Origin: an uncultured Bacteroides sp.
Lineage (GTDB): Bacteria > Bacteroidota > Bacteroidia > Bacteroidales > JACABE01
DNA: 64,000 nucleotides
NCBI GenBank assembly: GCA_964496885.1
Contig: CAZCBG010000003.1
Coordinates: forward strand, 16,952-80,951
Direction: 5' to 3'
Numbering within the stretch: position 1 is the stretch's first letter; every line of letters starts with the position of its first letter. This document shows, in pieces, positions 52,686-61,820 of the stretch. Position numbers and translations under genes: made by a program. The notes under the pieces were generated by a model, which was given only the letters and a program-made list of their open reading frames with translations, made no database searches and was not told the DNA's origin.

Positions 52686-53606
52686 TTATTTTTTACCACT
52701 TATCAGCTTTACAATAAAAGGTAAATTGTTTTTTTTCACTTGCAAATATACACAATTTTTTGCACCAAAGTTATGATTAAAACTAGCAATACTTTCTAAA
52801 GATGAACCTCCAAAATCAAAACAATCTATTTTTTGAGCATAAGTTTTTAATAATTCATCTATCATTAAATACATTGCACCTAATGCTTTCCCTTCAGCGT
52901 TTGCACTTCCTTTTAAAAATAAAATCCGATGCTTGGTTCGTATAAAAAATCCTCCTGCAATCAATTCGTTTGAAGTATTCATTACACCCAGAGCGATTCC
53001 GCATTTATGGATATTACATGCTATCATTAGACTTTTTAGTATTTCATAATCTTTCGAATGGAGTTCTTTTATTTGTTTACCTTTATTATTTCGGAATAAA
53101 TTAACTATTTTTTCGTGAGCAATGTTTTCATTAATTTTTAAATTGTTTTTTTCTGCTTTTTTAAGATTCCTTTTTGCATCGCCCTTATAGTCCTGAAAAA
53201 TGTCTTGGTAAGCCTTATTTAAGTCTAAAAATTGAAAAAATCGTTCTTTTTTTTGAAAATCAGCTTCAGTAAAGTTATTGTTTTCGTGAATGTTAAATTC
53301 AATAAATTGAATATTACTTGGGATGGCTTCAAAAAATGCATTTACCATGGTTTCTGTACATGCTATTTTTGAATAAACACCTAAATACCTTGTAAAAAAA
53401 GGCTGGTAAAGATAAGATATTTTATACTTGGAGTTAAGCGTCAAAGGGAAAACTGCTTCATAATCGTTCAAAATTAATGCACTCCAATTTTTACATACCA
53501 CATCTAAATACCAACTATAGACATAGACAATGCCATTGACAGATGTTTCAATGCATTCGTCCCACTTTTCTTTATTTATTTGGCTATGTAGCAGATAGTT
53601 TATCAT
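52686..53606 (-). CDS. GNAT/FemAB-fold acyltransferase-like protein, function unknown
   Basis: 306 aa. The N-terminus (KWDECIETSVNGIVYVYSWYLDVV...YLYQPFFTRYLG) and C-terminal half (GGFFIRTKHRILFLKGSANAEGKALGAMYLMIDELL) resemble Fem/GNAT-like family members common in Bacteroidota. Assigned by memory only. Confidence 0.45.
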   Translation of the reverse strand: MINYLLHSQINKEKWDECIETSVNGIVYVYSWYLDVVCKNWSALILNDYEAVFPLTLNSKYKISYLYQPFFTRYLGVYSKIACTETMVNAFFEAIPSNIQFIEFNIHENNNFTEADFQKKERFFQFLDLNKAYQDIFQDYKGDAKRNLKKAEKNNLKINENIAHEKIVNLFRNNKGKQIKELHSKDYEILKSLMIACNIHKCGIALGVMNTSNELIAGGFFIRTKHRILFLKGSANAEGKALGAMYLMIDELLKTYAQKIDCFDFGGSSLESIASFNHNFGAKNCVYLQVKKNNLPFIVKLISGKK

Positions 53607-53608
53607 GT

Positions 53609-54913
53609 TTATTTTACTGCATATTTTATCATTTCTTCATACACTTGCTGCCAACCAATCCAACGATGTTGGTTGCTCAGCGATTCGTTGTGCCATAGAC
53701 TAATAAAATTGCCGTTTACTGCCTTTATCTCGTCAATTAATGGTGTAATATAGCTCAATGCTTTATCTGCATGTATATTGTTGTAATCTCTTAAAGTACC
53801 TTCCATAAATGCAAATGGATGAATTCTTAAATTGGTTTCAAGGTCTGATTCTAAATCATAAAAATTAAAGCTATTGCAGATACTAGCTCTGAAACCAGTT
53901 TCAGAAGCATATCCCATAGTGTAATCATCTGTAATATCAAGCTCAATCAGATTGCGATAGCTTAGTGGTAAATCTAATTTGAGAAAATGTTGTCGACTTT
54001 TAGTGATTTGACGATTTAATACTTTTGAAAGTGTTTCGATTTCCTTTTTTAATATTTTAATATTGGAATTAGAATTAAAAGATGGATGAATGCCAACTTC
54101 TGCCTCATCGTTCAACATTTTTATCAATGAATGAAACTTTCGATTATTTATGGGTATATTTTTGTCGAAATCGCCATATTGAGCGAAAAGAATAAAGTAA
54201 ATAGGGTGGAGCTTATATTTTTCTTGCATTTCAAATTGAAAACTGTAAGTATCAAAATGGTCTTTCCCAAATCCGGTCAATACTTTAGTTCTTTCAATAA
54301 TGTCTTTAATATTAAAATAAAGCATAGATTTAATATATCCTCCGATAGAGCGAATAATGCCTTTTAACCTATAAGCATAAGCACAATCAATATCTATCGT
54401 TGGAATAAATGAGAATTTTCTTTCAATTATCTTAAAATCAGGATATTTATTTTGAATAATTGCAGCTATTTTTAACGCCCAAATATTAATCAAAGGTTTT
54501 TTTAGGAAGTACTGTTTATAAGCAATGCTTTGGTCGGCACTAAATCTGCCATATTGATCTTTGATATAAGGTAAATATTCTTCGTATCGGCTCACCAAAT
54601 AAAATCCTGCAGCAAAAGGGTCGAAAACTAGTTGTGATTTTTTATTAGAAACGCCATAGAAAGCAGTATCATTTTCAAAATCAATGAACTTCAAATCCTG
54701 TTCGTGAATATTGGTTTCGAATAATAAATTTACAGCGCAAAAAAAGATTTCATCTTCAAAAGCTTGTTCAGAATAATTAATTTTTACACCTTGATAGGCA
54801 ATAAACTCATCAGTACTTGTAGTAAAAAAAGTATCTATGCCCATTAACTCATTAAAATAAAGCCTGAAGGTATATTGAATCCGATTACATATTTTTGGTG
54901 TATAAATCAGCAT
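53609..54913 (-). CDS. polysaccharide-deacetylase-like protein with a distinct N-terminal domain (DUF7033-like)
   Basis: 434 aa with the N-terminus MLIYTPKICNRIQYTFRLYF. The candidate NodB-like elements are PTIDIDCAY, VGIHPSF and SRQHFLKL. Its stop lies 2 nt before the next gene's start. Confidence 0.5.
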   Translation of the reverse strand: MLIYTPKICNRIQYTFRLYFNELMGIDTFFTTSTDEFIAYQGVKINYSEQAFEDEIFFCAVNLLFETNIHEQDLKFIDFENDTAFYGVSNKKSQLVFDPFAAGFYLVSRYEEYLPYIKDQYGRFSADQSIAYKQYFLKKPLINIWALKIAAIIQNKYPDFKIIERKFSFIPTIDIDCAYAYRLKGIIRSIGGYIKSMLYFNIKDIIERTKVLTGFGKDHFDTYSFQFEMQEKYKLHPIYFILFAQYGDFDKNIPINNRKFHSLIKMLNDEAEVGIHPSFNSNSNIKILKKEIETLSKVLNRQITKSRQHFLKLDLPLSYRNLIELDITDDYTMGYASETGFRASICNSFNFYDLESDLETNLRIHPFAFMEGTLRDYNNIHADKALSYITPLIDEIKAVNGNFISLWHNESLSNQHRWIGWQQVYEEMIKYAVK

Positions 54914-55074
54914 TTGGGGTTTAAGTTATTTATTGGCTAAAAGAAAATCAGTTGCGAATGGTTTTTATTTTTAAGATACAATTTATTAAAATATATAAAG
55001 AGGTGAAAGAATAAAAAATTATCAATAATTAAAGACAAGAAATAACTTAATAATCAATAACATAATAACTAATT

Positions 55075-55776
55075 TTATATCATTCCTTCATCGGCAAAGC
55101 TATAATATTTTTCGTCACCTATTATTATATGATCAACGACTGCTATTTCCAGAAATAAACCTGCTTCTTTTATTTTTCTAGTAAGCTTACAATCTGCATC
55201 ACTGGGTTTTAAATTCCCTGAAGGGTGATTATGACACAGTATCAGCGATGTAGCATTGTTTTCCAAGGCTATTCTAAATATTTTTTTAGGATCGGCAACA
55301 GTTCCAGAAATCCCACCTTCACTGATACTTTGGTATTTAATGATTTTATTAGCTTTGTTAAGTAGGATTATCCAAAATTCTTCATACAAACAATCGGAAA
55401 CCATGGATTGCATAAGTTCAAACGCATCTTTGCTTGAATTTATTTTCTTACGTTCAATAACATCGGCACTTCTTCGACGCTTTCCTAACTCTAAAGCGGC
55501 AATAATACTTATAGCCTTTGCTTCACCAATACCTTTAAATTTTTTTATTAAATCGCTGATACTTAATTTTGAAAGCTCAATCAGATTGTCATTGCAAGAA
55601 TTTAAAATACGTTTCGATAATTCTACAGCAGATTCTTCGGTATTTCCTGAACCTATTAAAATAGCAATTAGTTCAGCATCGCTAAGACTGGCTTTCCCTT
55701 TTAGCATCAGCTTTTCACGAGGCCGATCATCTTCAGCCCAATCTTTAATCGTAATCTTTTGGTTGTAATTATCCAT
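55075..55776 (-). CDS. radC: RadC-family JAB/MPN domain protein
   Basis: The track ORF begins at a TTG (55815). The ATG at 55776 gives MDNYNQKITIKDWAEDDRPREKL, the usual RadC N-terminus. Contains an HhH segment and the JAMM motif LILCHNHPSGNLKPSDAD. Confidence 0.85.
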   Translation of the reverse strand: MDNYNQKITIKDWAEDDRPREKLMLKGKASLSDAELIAILIGSGNTEESAVELSKRILNSCNDNLIELSKLSISDLIKKFKGIGEAKAISIIAALELGKRRRSADVIERKKINSSKDAFELMQSMVSDCLYEEFWIILLNKANKIIKYQSISEGGISGTVADPKKIFRIALENNATSLILCHNHPSGNLKPSDADCKLTRKIKEAGLFLEIAVVDHIIIGDEKYYSFADEGMI

Positions 55777-56124
55777 TTGATTAGTTTGTAGCGAAAGTAA
55801 TAATTTTTCATCCAAAATTTTTAAATAATAGTATTTTTTTTAAAAATTTGAAAAATTAAGCCATTTAAAACCATAATTTACAACTAAGCAGATATCAGAG
55901 GATGAACCATCCGATTTTTGAATGTCATTTTAAATATTGTTTTAAAAACACAAATACTTACAAAATCTTCATATTCAATTTATTCTTAAATTTTTAGCAA
56001 GCTTATAATTTTTGATAATTTAATTTTATAAAAAAAGTCCTTCCAATTCAGATATTTTCTCTAATTTCGTTGCATTAAAAAAAAGTATCATTTTTATAAG
56101 TATTCAACTTAAATCATTTTAGAA

Positions 56125-56346
56125 ATGGCAAAAGTTAAAGGAGACATTGTAATTGACATTGAGGCATGTAAAGGATGTGAGGTTTGCATAACAGCTTGCC
56201 CCAACGATGTAATTGCAATGGCAAAAAATGTAAATGGGAAAGGCTATCATTATGCTGAATCCATTAATGAAGAATGTATTGGTTGTGCGAATTGTGCAAT
56301 CGTATGTCCGGATGGTGTTATCACCGTTTATAAAATAAAAATATAA
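56125..56346 (+). CDS. 2x[4Fe-4S] ferredoxin, delta subunit of 2-oxoacid:ferredoxin oxidoreductase
   Basis: 73 aa with two cluster motifs, CKGCEVCITACP and CIGCANCAIVCP. It directly precedes the alpha, beta and gamma genes. Confidence 0.85.
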   Translation: MAKVKGDIVIDIEACKGCEVCITACPNDVIAMAKNVNGKGYHYAESINEECIGCANCAIVCPDGVITVYKIKI

Positions 56347-56377
56347 AAACGTTTTTAACAGTTTTAAATACAAAAGA

Positions 56378-57460
56378 ATGAAAGAACTGAGATTAATGAA
56401 AGGCAACGAAGCAGTGGCAGAAGCTGCTATCCGTGCCGGATGTGATGGTTATTTCGGCTACCCTATTACTCCCCAATCTGAAGTAATGGAATATTTAATG
56501 TACCAAGAGCCACATAAAACTACAGGTATGATTGTTTTACAGGCTGAAAGTGAAATAGCCGCAATCAATATGGTATATGGAGGCGCTAGCTGTGGTAAAA
56601 GAGTGATGACATCCTCTTCAAGCCCTGGTATTAGTTTAAAACAAGAAGGAATATCCTATATTGCAGGAGCGGAACTACCTTGTTTGATTGTAAATGTAGT
56701 GCGTGGTGGACCTGGATTAGGTACAATTCAACCTTCCCAGTCAGATTATTTTCAATCTACCAAAGGTGGTGGTCATGGTGATTATAGATTGTTGGTATTA
56801 GCGCCTTCTTCCGTTCAGGAAATGGCTGATTTTGTCGGATTAGGTTTTGATCTTGCATTTAAATATCTCAATCCTGTTTTGATTTTATCAGATGGCGTTA
56901 TAGGTCAAATGATGGAAAAAGTTGAATTAGCTCCTCACCAGCCAAGGTTCACTGAAGCAGAAATTCGTAAAAATACACCATGGTCGACTATGGGAAAACC
57001 TCACGATAAAGAAAGGAATATCATTACTTCTTTGTTGCTTGATTCTCATAAACAGGAAGAACATGTTGCTCATTTACGTGATAAATATCTGGCAATGGAG
57101 GAAAATGAAGTAAGATATGAAGAAATCGATTGTGAAGATGCTGAATACCTCATTGTAGCTTATGGCTCAAGTGCACGTATCAGTCAAAAAGCTGTAGAAT
57201 TAGCCAGAGTCAAAGGGATAAAAGTTGGTTTATTTCGCCCTATTACGCTCTTCCCTTTCCCTAAAAAACCTTTGTTAGCACACACTAAAAAAATCAAAGG
57301 AATTTTAACTGTTGAGATGAGTTTAGGTCAAATGGTAGAAGATGTGAAGCTTGCAGTTGAATGTAAAGTTAAAGTTGAGCATTTCGGTCGCTATGGTGGT
57401 GTTATTCCTACACCCGATGAAGTCGTAATAGCTTTAGAACAACAAATAATAGGAGGTTAA
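56378..57460 (+). CDS. 2-oxoacid:ferredoxin oxidoreductase alpha subunit (KorA/VorB-type)
   Basis: 360 aa with the N-terminus MKGNEAVAEAAIRAGCDGYFGYPITPQSEV. Substrate (2-oxoglutarate versus branched-chain 2-oxoacids) cannot be resolved by eye. Confidence 0.85.
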   Translation: MKELRLMKGNEAVAEAAIRAGCDGYFGYPITPQSEVMEYLMYQEPHKTTGMIVLQAESEIAAINMVYGGASCGKRVMTSSSSPGISLKQEGISYIAGAELPCLIVNVVRGGPGLGTIQPSQSDYFQSTKGGGHGDYRLLVLAPSSVQEMADFVGLGFDLAFKYLNPVLILSDGVIGQMMEKVELAPHQPRFTEAEIRKNTPWSTMGKPHDKERNIITSLLLDSHKQEEHVAHLRDKYLAMEENEVRYEEIDCEDAEYLIVAYGSSARISQKAVELARVKGIKVGLFRPITLFPFPKKPLLAHTKKIKGILTVEMSLGQMVEDVKLAVECKVKVEHFGRYGGVIPTPDEVVIALEQQIIGG

Positions 57461-57464
57461 TACA

Positions 57465-58253
57465 ATGTCAGATATTATTACAAAAGAACAAATCAGAAAA
57501 CCGGAAAATTTAGTTTATACTAAAACTAAATTACTGACCGATAAAGCGTTGAGTTATTGTCCTGGTTGTGGTCATGGTACAGCACATCGAATTGTGATGG
57601 AAGTGATTGAAGAATTAGGGGCTCAGGATAATACCATTGGGATTGCTCCTGTTGGCTGTTCTGTATTGGCTTACGAATTTATGAATATAGATATGCAGCA
57701 AGCTGCTCACGGAAGGGCACCTGCAGTAGCTACGGCTGTTAAAAGATTATTACCTGATAGATATGTGTTTACTTATCAGGGCGATGGAGATTTAGCTGCT
57801 ATTGGTACTGCTGAAACGATTCATGCTTGTAATCGTGGTGAAAATATTACCATTATATTTATCAACAACGGTATTTATGGTATGACAGGTGGTCAGATGG
57901 CTCCAACTACTCTTCCTAACATGAAAGCATCAACTTGCCCTTATGGCCGTGATGTTGCAACAATGGGAAATCCACTTAAAATGACAGAGTTAATTGCCCA
58001 GTTGCCGGGTGTTCATTTTGTAACCCGTCAAGCAGTGCATACACCTGCTGGTGTTCGTAGAACAAAAAAAGCCGTTCGTAAAGCTTTTGATTTGCAAAAA
58101 CAAAACAAAGGATTGACATTTGTTGAAATCGTATCAAATTGCAATTCCGGATGGAAAATGACACCTGTTCAATCAAATATTTGGATGGAAGAAAATATGT
58201 TTCCTTTTTATCCTTTAGGCGATATTAAAGTTGATGGTCAATTGGTTAAATAA
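57465..58253 (+). CDS. 2-oxoacid:ferredoxin oxidoreductase beta subunit (TPP-binding)
   Basis: 262 aa with CPGCGHG and the TPP motif GDGDLAAIG...NNGIYGMTGGQ. Confidence 0.85.
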   Translation: MSDIITKEQIRKPENLVYTKTKLLTDKALSYCPGCGHGTAHRIVMEVIEELGAQDNTIGIAPVGCSVLAYEFMNIDMQQAAHGRAPAVATAVKRLLPDRYVFTYQGDGDLAAIGTAETIHACNRGENITIIFINNGIYGMTGGQMAPTTLPNMKASTCPYGRDVATMGNPLKMTELIAQLPGVHFVTRQAVHTPAGVRRTKKAVRKAFDLQKQNKGLTFVEIVSNCNSGWKMTPVQSNIWMEENMFPFYPLGDIKVDGQLVK

Positions 58254-58279
58254 ATTTTTACAATATAAACATTGAAGTT

Positions 58280-58831
58280 ATGACAGAAGAAATAATCATA
58301 GCCGGTTTTGGTGGTCAGGGCGTTTTATCGATGGGTAAAATTCTTGCATACTCCGGTATAATGCAAAATCAGGAAGTTAGCTGGATGCCTTCATACGGTC
58401 CCGAAATGCGTGGAGGTACGGCAAATGTAACAGTTGTAATAAGTGATAACCGTATCAGTTCTCCGGTAATCAATAGTTTTGATACAGCAATTATCCTTAA
58501 TCAACAATCAATGGATAAATTTGCTGCTACCGTTAAACCTGGTGGATTACTCATTTATGACCCTAATGGAATTACACATCACCCTGAACGTAAAGATATA
58601 AATATTTATACAATAGAAGCTTCAGAAGCTGCAGGAAAATTAGGCTTGATGAAAATTTTCAACATGATTGTATTAGGTGGATTTCTTAAAATTAAACCAT
58701 TAATTGAGCCTGAGTTTATTCACAAAGGCCTTGAAAAATCATTGCCTGCCCGCCATCATAAATTAATCCCAGAAAACGAAAAAGCGATAGAAATTGGTAA
58801 AGGATTAATTAAAGCTGTTCATTTGGTTTAA
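58280..58831 (+). CDS. 2-oxoacid:ferredoxin oxidoreductase gamma subunit
   Basis: 183 aa. IIAGFGGQGVLSMGKILA...SYGPEMRGGTANVTVVIS is the gamma-subunit signature. Confidence 0.85.
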   Translation: MTEEIIIAGFGGQGVLSMGKILAYSGIMQNQEVSWMPSYGPEMRGGTANVTVVISDNRISSPVINSFDTAIILNQQSMDKFAATVKPGGLLIYDPNGITHHPERKDINIYTIEASEAAGKLGLMKIFNMIVLGGFLKIKPLIEPEFIHKGLEKSLPARHHKLIPENEKAIEIGKGLIKAVHLV

Positions 58832-58852
58832 TTTTACCAGCATAATAACATC

Positions 58853-58886
58853 CCCTTTATTGGCAATCGTCAGTAAAGGGTTTTTT
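58853..58886 (+). terminator. rho-independent terminator after the oxidoreductase operon
   Basis: CCCTTTA (58853-58859) pairs with TAAAGGG (58874-58880) around a 14-nt loop, followed by TTTTTT. Confidence 0.65.
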
Positions 58887-59064
58887 CTTTTCCATGAATT
58901 CAATTTATTGCTTATCTTTGCAAAAAAAAAATCAGGGTGTTTTTTATTGAGGAATTGGAACTAAGTAAGTTGACAGTTCGTAATTATCAATAAATTTATA
59001 TACTTTTACACTCAAATTATTGAGATTATTATAATCTTATATATTAACATTTTTCGCTAAACTT

Positions 59065-59730
59065 ATGGAATACAATTCAACACGCAATAAGCTTATTATT
59101 GCTGAATATGGGCGTAACGTCCAAAAAATGATAGAACATGCAGTAAGCGTTGAAGATAGAGACAAACGCAACCAATTAGCAAAAGTGATAATCAGGGTGA
59201 TGGGGCAAATCAATCCACATTTACGTGATGTTGCTGATTTTACCCACAAACTTTGGGATCATTTGTTTATTATATCTGATTTTAAATTAGATGTAGATTC
59301 TCCTTATTCGATACCATCTGAGGAAATTTTAAAAATTAAGCCAGAACAGGTTCCTTATACCGATAAGAAATTTGCTTTCCGTCATTATGGAAGAAATATA
59401 GAGTTAATGATTGAAAAGGCTACTTCAATGGAAGAAGGTCCGGACAAAGATCGAATTGTTCAACTTATAGCAAATCACCTCAAAAAATCATATCTTACCT
59501 GGAATCGTGATAGTGTGGACGATGAGGTTATTGTTGAGCATCTTAAAGTGATGTCGAAAGGTCAGTTAAAACTGAACGAAAATTTTAAATTTAATAGCTC
59601 TTTTGATATTCTTGCAAAAAATAAACCTACAACGCCTAAAAATAAACCAAGTCTCAACAATCCTGTAAAGAGAAATAACCCCGTAAAAAAAAACAATAAC
59701 TTTACCCAGCTAAAAAGAAAAGAAAATTAA
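59065..59730 (+). CDS. DUF4290 domain-containing protein
   Basis: 221 aa. MEYNSTRNKLIIAEYGRNVQKMIEHA...MGQINPHLRDVADFTHKLWDHLF is the DUF4290 pattern. It has a basic Lys/Asn/Pro-rich tail and sits directly upstream of murA, as is usual in Bacteroidota. Confidence 0.8.
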   Translation: MEYNSTRNKLIIAEYGRNVQKMIEHAVSVEDRDKRNQLAKVIIRVMGQINPHLRDVADFTHKLWDHLFIISDFKLDVDSPYSIPSEEILKIKPEQVPYTDKKFAFRHYGRNIELMIEKATSMEEGPDKDRIVQLIANHLKKSYLTWNRDSVDDEVIVEHLKVMSKGQLKLNENFKFNSSFDILAKNKPTTPKNKPSLNNPVKRNNPVKKNNNFTQLKRKEN

Positions 59731-59749
59731 TGTTTTAATCCTTTAATGA

Positions 59750-61054
59750 ATGAGTTCATTTGAAATTACAGGTGGTAAAAGCTTGCATGGTGAAATAATA
59801 CCACAAGGAGCTAAAAACGAAGCATTACAAGTAATTTGCGCTGTATTACTTACTCCCGAAAAAATAACAATCAGCAATATTCCCGATATAAGGGATGTGA
59901 ATAAACTTATCGAGTTGTTGGCCGAAATGGGTGTTAAAGTCGAAAAAACAGCACCTGAACAATTTACATTTCAAGCAGATGATGTAAATCTTGAATACCT
60001 TAAAACAGAAGCGTTTAAAATAAAAGCGGCCTCGTTAAGAGGTTCAGTTATGATAGTTGGACCGCTGCTCGCTAGATTTGGGAAAGCGTATATTCCACAA
60101 CCAGGTGGTGATAAAATTGGTCGCCGTCGTTTAGATACACATTTTATTGGGTTTGAAAAATTAGGTGCTAAATTCAATTATAACTCGATCAGCAAATTCT
60201 ATCAAATTGATGCTTCTCATCTACAAGGCTGTTATATGTTGCTCGACGAAGCTTCTGTTACAGGAACAGCTAATATTGTAATGGCTGCTGTAATGGCCAA
60301 AGGGATAACCACTATTTTCAATGCAGCTTGTGAACCTTATTTGCTGCAACTTTGCAATATGCTCAATCGAATGGGAGCTAAAATTGATGGTGTTGGTTCT
60401 AACCTTTTAACCATAGAAGGTGTTAGTGAGATGCATGCATGCAATCATACTTTACTCCCCGACATGATTGAAGTTGGAAGTTTTATTGGCTTAGCTGCCA
60501 TGACTCACTCTCAAATTACTATTAAAAATGTAAATTATCAACATCTTGGTGTTATTCCAGAGGTATTTAGCAGATTAGGTATTCGGATTCAACACGTAAA
60601 TGACGATATTATTGTTCAACAACAAGACCATTACGAAATTGAACATTTTATGGATGGTTCTATCATGACTATTTCTGATGCACCCTGGCCAGGATTTACA
60701 CCTGATCTTATCAGCATTGCATTGGTAGTTGCTACACAAGCAAAAGGTAGCGTGCTTATTCATCAGAAAATGTTTGAAAGCCGCTTGTTCTTTGTTGACA
60801 AACTAATTGATATGGGGGCTCAGATTATTCTTTGCGATCCGCATCGAGCTACTGTTATTGGCTTAGATCATCAATATCCTTTACGAGGCATCGAAATGAT
60901 TTCCCCTGATATTAGAGCTGGGGTAGCATTGCTAATAGCTGCCCTTTCAGCTCAAGGCAAAAGTATTATTCATAATATCGAGCAGATCGATCGAGGGTAT
61001 CAACAAATTGATCATCGCCTGAGACTATTGGGTGCTGAGATTAAACGAATCTAA
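59750..61054 (+). CDS. murA: UDP-N-acetylglucosamine 1-carboxyvinyltransferase
   Basis: 434 aa with the motifs GAKNEALQVICAVLL and LRGSVMIVGPLLARFG. The active-site loop PGGDKIGRRRLD carries Asp in place of the fosfomycin-target Cys. Confidence 0.93.
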   Translation: MSSFEITGGKSLHGEIIPQGAKNEALQVICAVLLTPEKITISNIPDIRDVNKLIELLAEMGVKVEKTAPEQFTFQADDVNLEYLKTEAFKIKAASLRGSVMIVGPLLARFGKAYIPQPGGDKIGRRRLDTHFIGFEKLGAKFNYNSISKFYQIDASHLQGCYMLLDEASVTGTANIVMAAVMAKGITTIFNAACEPYLLQLCNMLNRMGAKIDGVGSNLLTIEGVSEMHACNHTLLPDMIEVGSFIGLAAMTHSQITIKNVNYQHLGVIPEVFSRLGIRIQHVNDDIIVQQQDHYEIEHFMDGSIMTISDAPWPGFTPDLISIALVVATQAKGSVLIHQKMFESRLFFVDKLIDMGAQIILCDPHRATVIGLDHQYPLRGIEMISPDIRAGVALLIAALSAQGKSIIHNIEQIDRGYQQIDHRLRLLGAEIKRI

Positions 61055-61094
61055 AAATTTTTCTTCGTTTTTTTTTGTGAAATAATTAACGTAA

Positions 61095-61124
61095 AAAGCT
61101 TCTGGTATTAAGGAAGCTTTTTTA
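61095..61124 (+). terminator. rho-independent terminator after murA
   Basis: AAAGCTTC (61095-61102) pairs with GAAGCTTT (61113-61120), followed by TTTT. Confidence 0.7.
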
Positions 61125-61151
61125 ATTTTGTGCGATTAAATACTTTCTTTT

Positions 61152-61664
61152 ATGAAAAAAATAAAAGCAATCATTATTGTAAGTTTCTTTTTGGTTTTTG
61201 TATTACAGGCTCAGAAAATTAATATGAAAATGATTGATATAAAATCTAATAAAGAAATTCTGAATGGGAAATGTAATCTGAAGGGTTTAAAAAATGGCGA
61301 ATTTGGTAAAATCTTTAAAATAGAATATAATAATTATATCCCAGATAATGAAATCATCGCATTGCTTCAGCCAAAAATGATGGATATAAGTTTTGAGATA
61401 ATACTTGGTACTTGGTGTGGTGATAGTAAAGAACAATTACCACGTTTTGTCAGGATTTTAGATGCAATAAAATATAAAACCAAAAATATACCTTTATTAT
61501 GTTTAGATCGGTCTTTCAAAGCAGAAGATTTTGATAAGGAAAAACGAAACATACAAAAAATTCCTACTTTTATTATTTATCGTAACAACATTGAAATAGG
61601 CAGGATAGTTGAAACTCCATTACAAACACTTGAAAAAGATTTACTTGAAATTCTTGTAAAATAA
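61152..61664 (+). CDS. thioredoxin-fold protein with monothiol WCGDS motif
   Basis: 170 aa with a signal peptide. The thioredoxin-like core ILGTWCGDSKEQLPRF...IPTFIIY has CxxS rather than CxxC. Confidence 0.7.
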   Translation: MKKIKAIIIVSFFLVFVLQAQKINMKMIDIKSNKEILNGKCNLKGLKNGEFGKIFKIEYNNYIPDNEIIALLQPKMMDISFEIILGTWCGDSKEQLPRFVRILDAIKYKTKNIPLLCLDRSFKAEDFDKEKRNIQKIPTFIIYRNNIEIGRIVETPLQTLEKDLLEILVK

Positions 61665-61764
61665 ATTCAAACATTAAACTTTTTATTTATTAAAAATTAA
61701 GATAATGTGTGAATAAAGAATTTAATTTCAAATAGATACCCAATTTGTAGATTTGCTAAAAATA

Positions 61765-61805
61765 CAAAAAAAGCTGCTGGATCATCAAAATCCAGCAGCT
61801 TTTTT
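61765..61805. terminator. bidirectional terminator between the thioredoxin-like gene and pckA
   Basis: AGCTGCTGGA (61772-61781) pairs with TCCAGCAGCT (61791-61800). An A-run lies upstream and a T-run downstream. Confidence 0.8.
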
Positions 61806-61820
61806 ATGGTTAAAAAATTT

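Noticed and set aside
55256-55768. 170-aa plus-strand ORF antisense to radC, and similar long shadow ORFs (32717-33178, 51083-51448, 56119-56406, 40063-40326, 23520-23861, 34282-34590)
   Set aside because: Each lies wholly inside a confidently assigned gene on the opposite strand. None has recognisable motifs, and all have skewed low-complexity composition.
58913-58931. TATCTTTG box followed by a run of 10 A upstream of the DUF4290-murA genes, considered as a phase-variable homopolymer
   Set aside because: It lies 145 nt from the ATG, so its role as the operative promoter is uncertain. A and T homopolymers of 8-10 nt are frequent throughout the intergenic DNA here, so there is no specific evidence for slipped-strand regulation.
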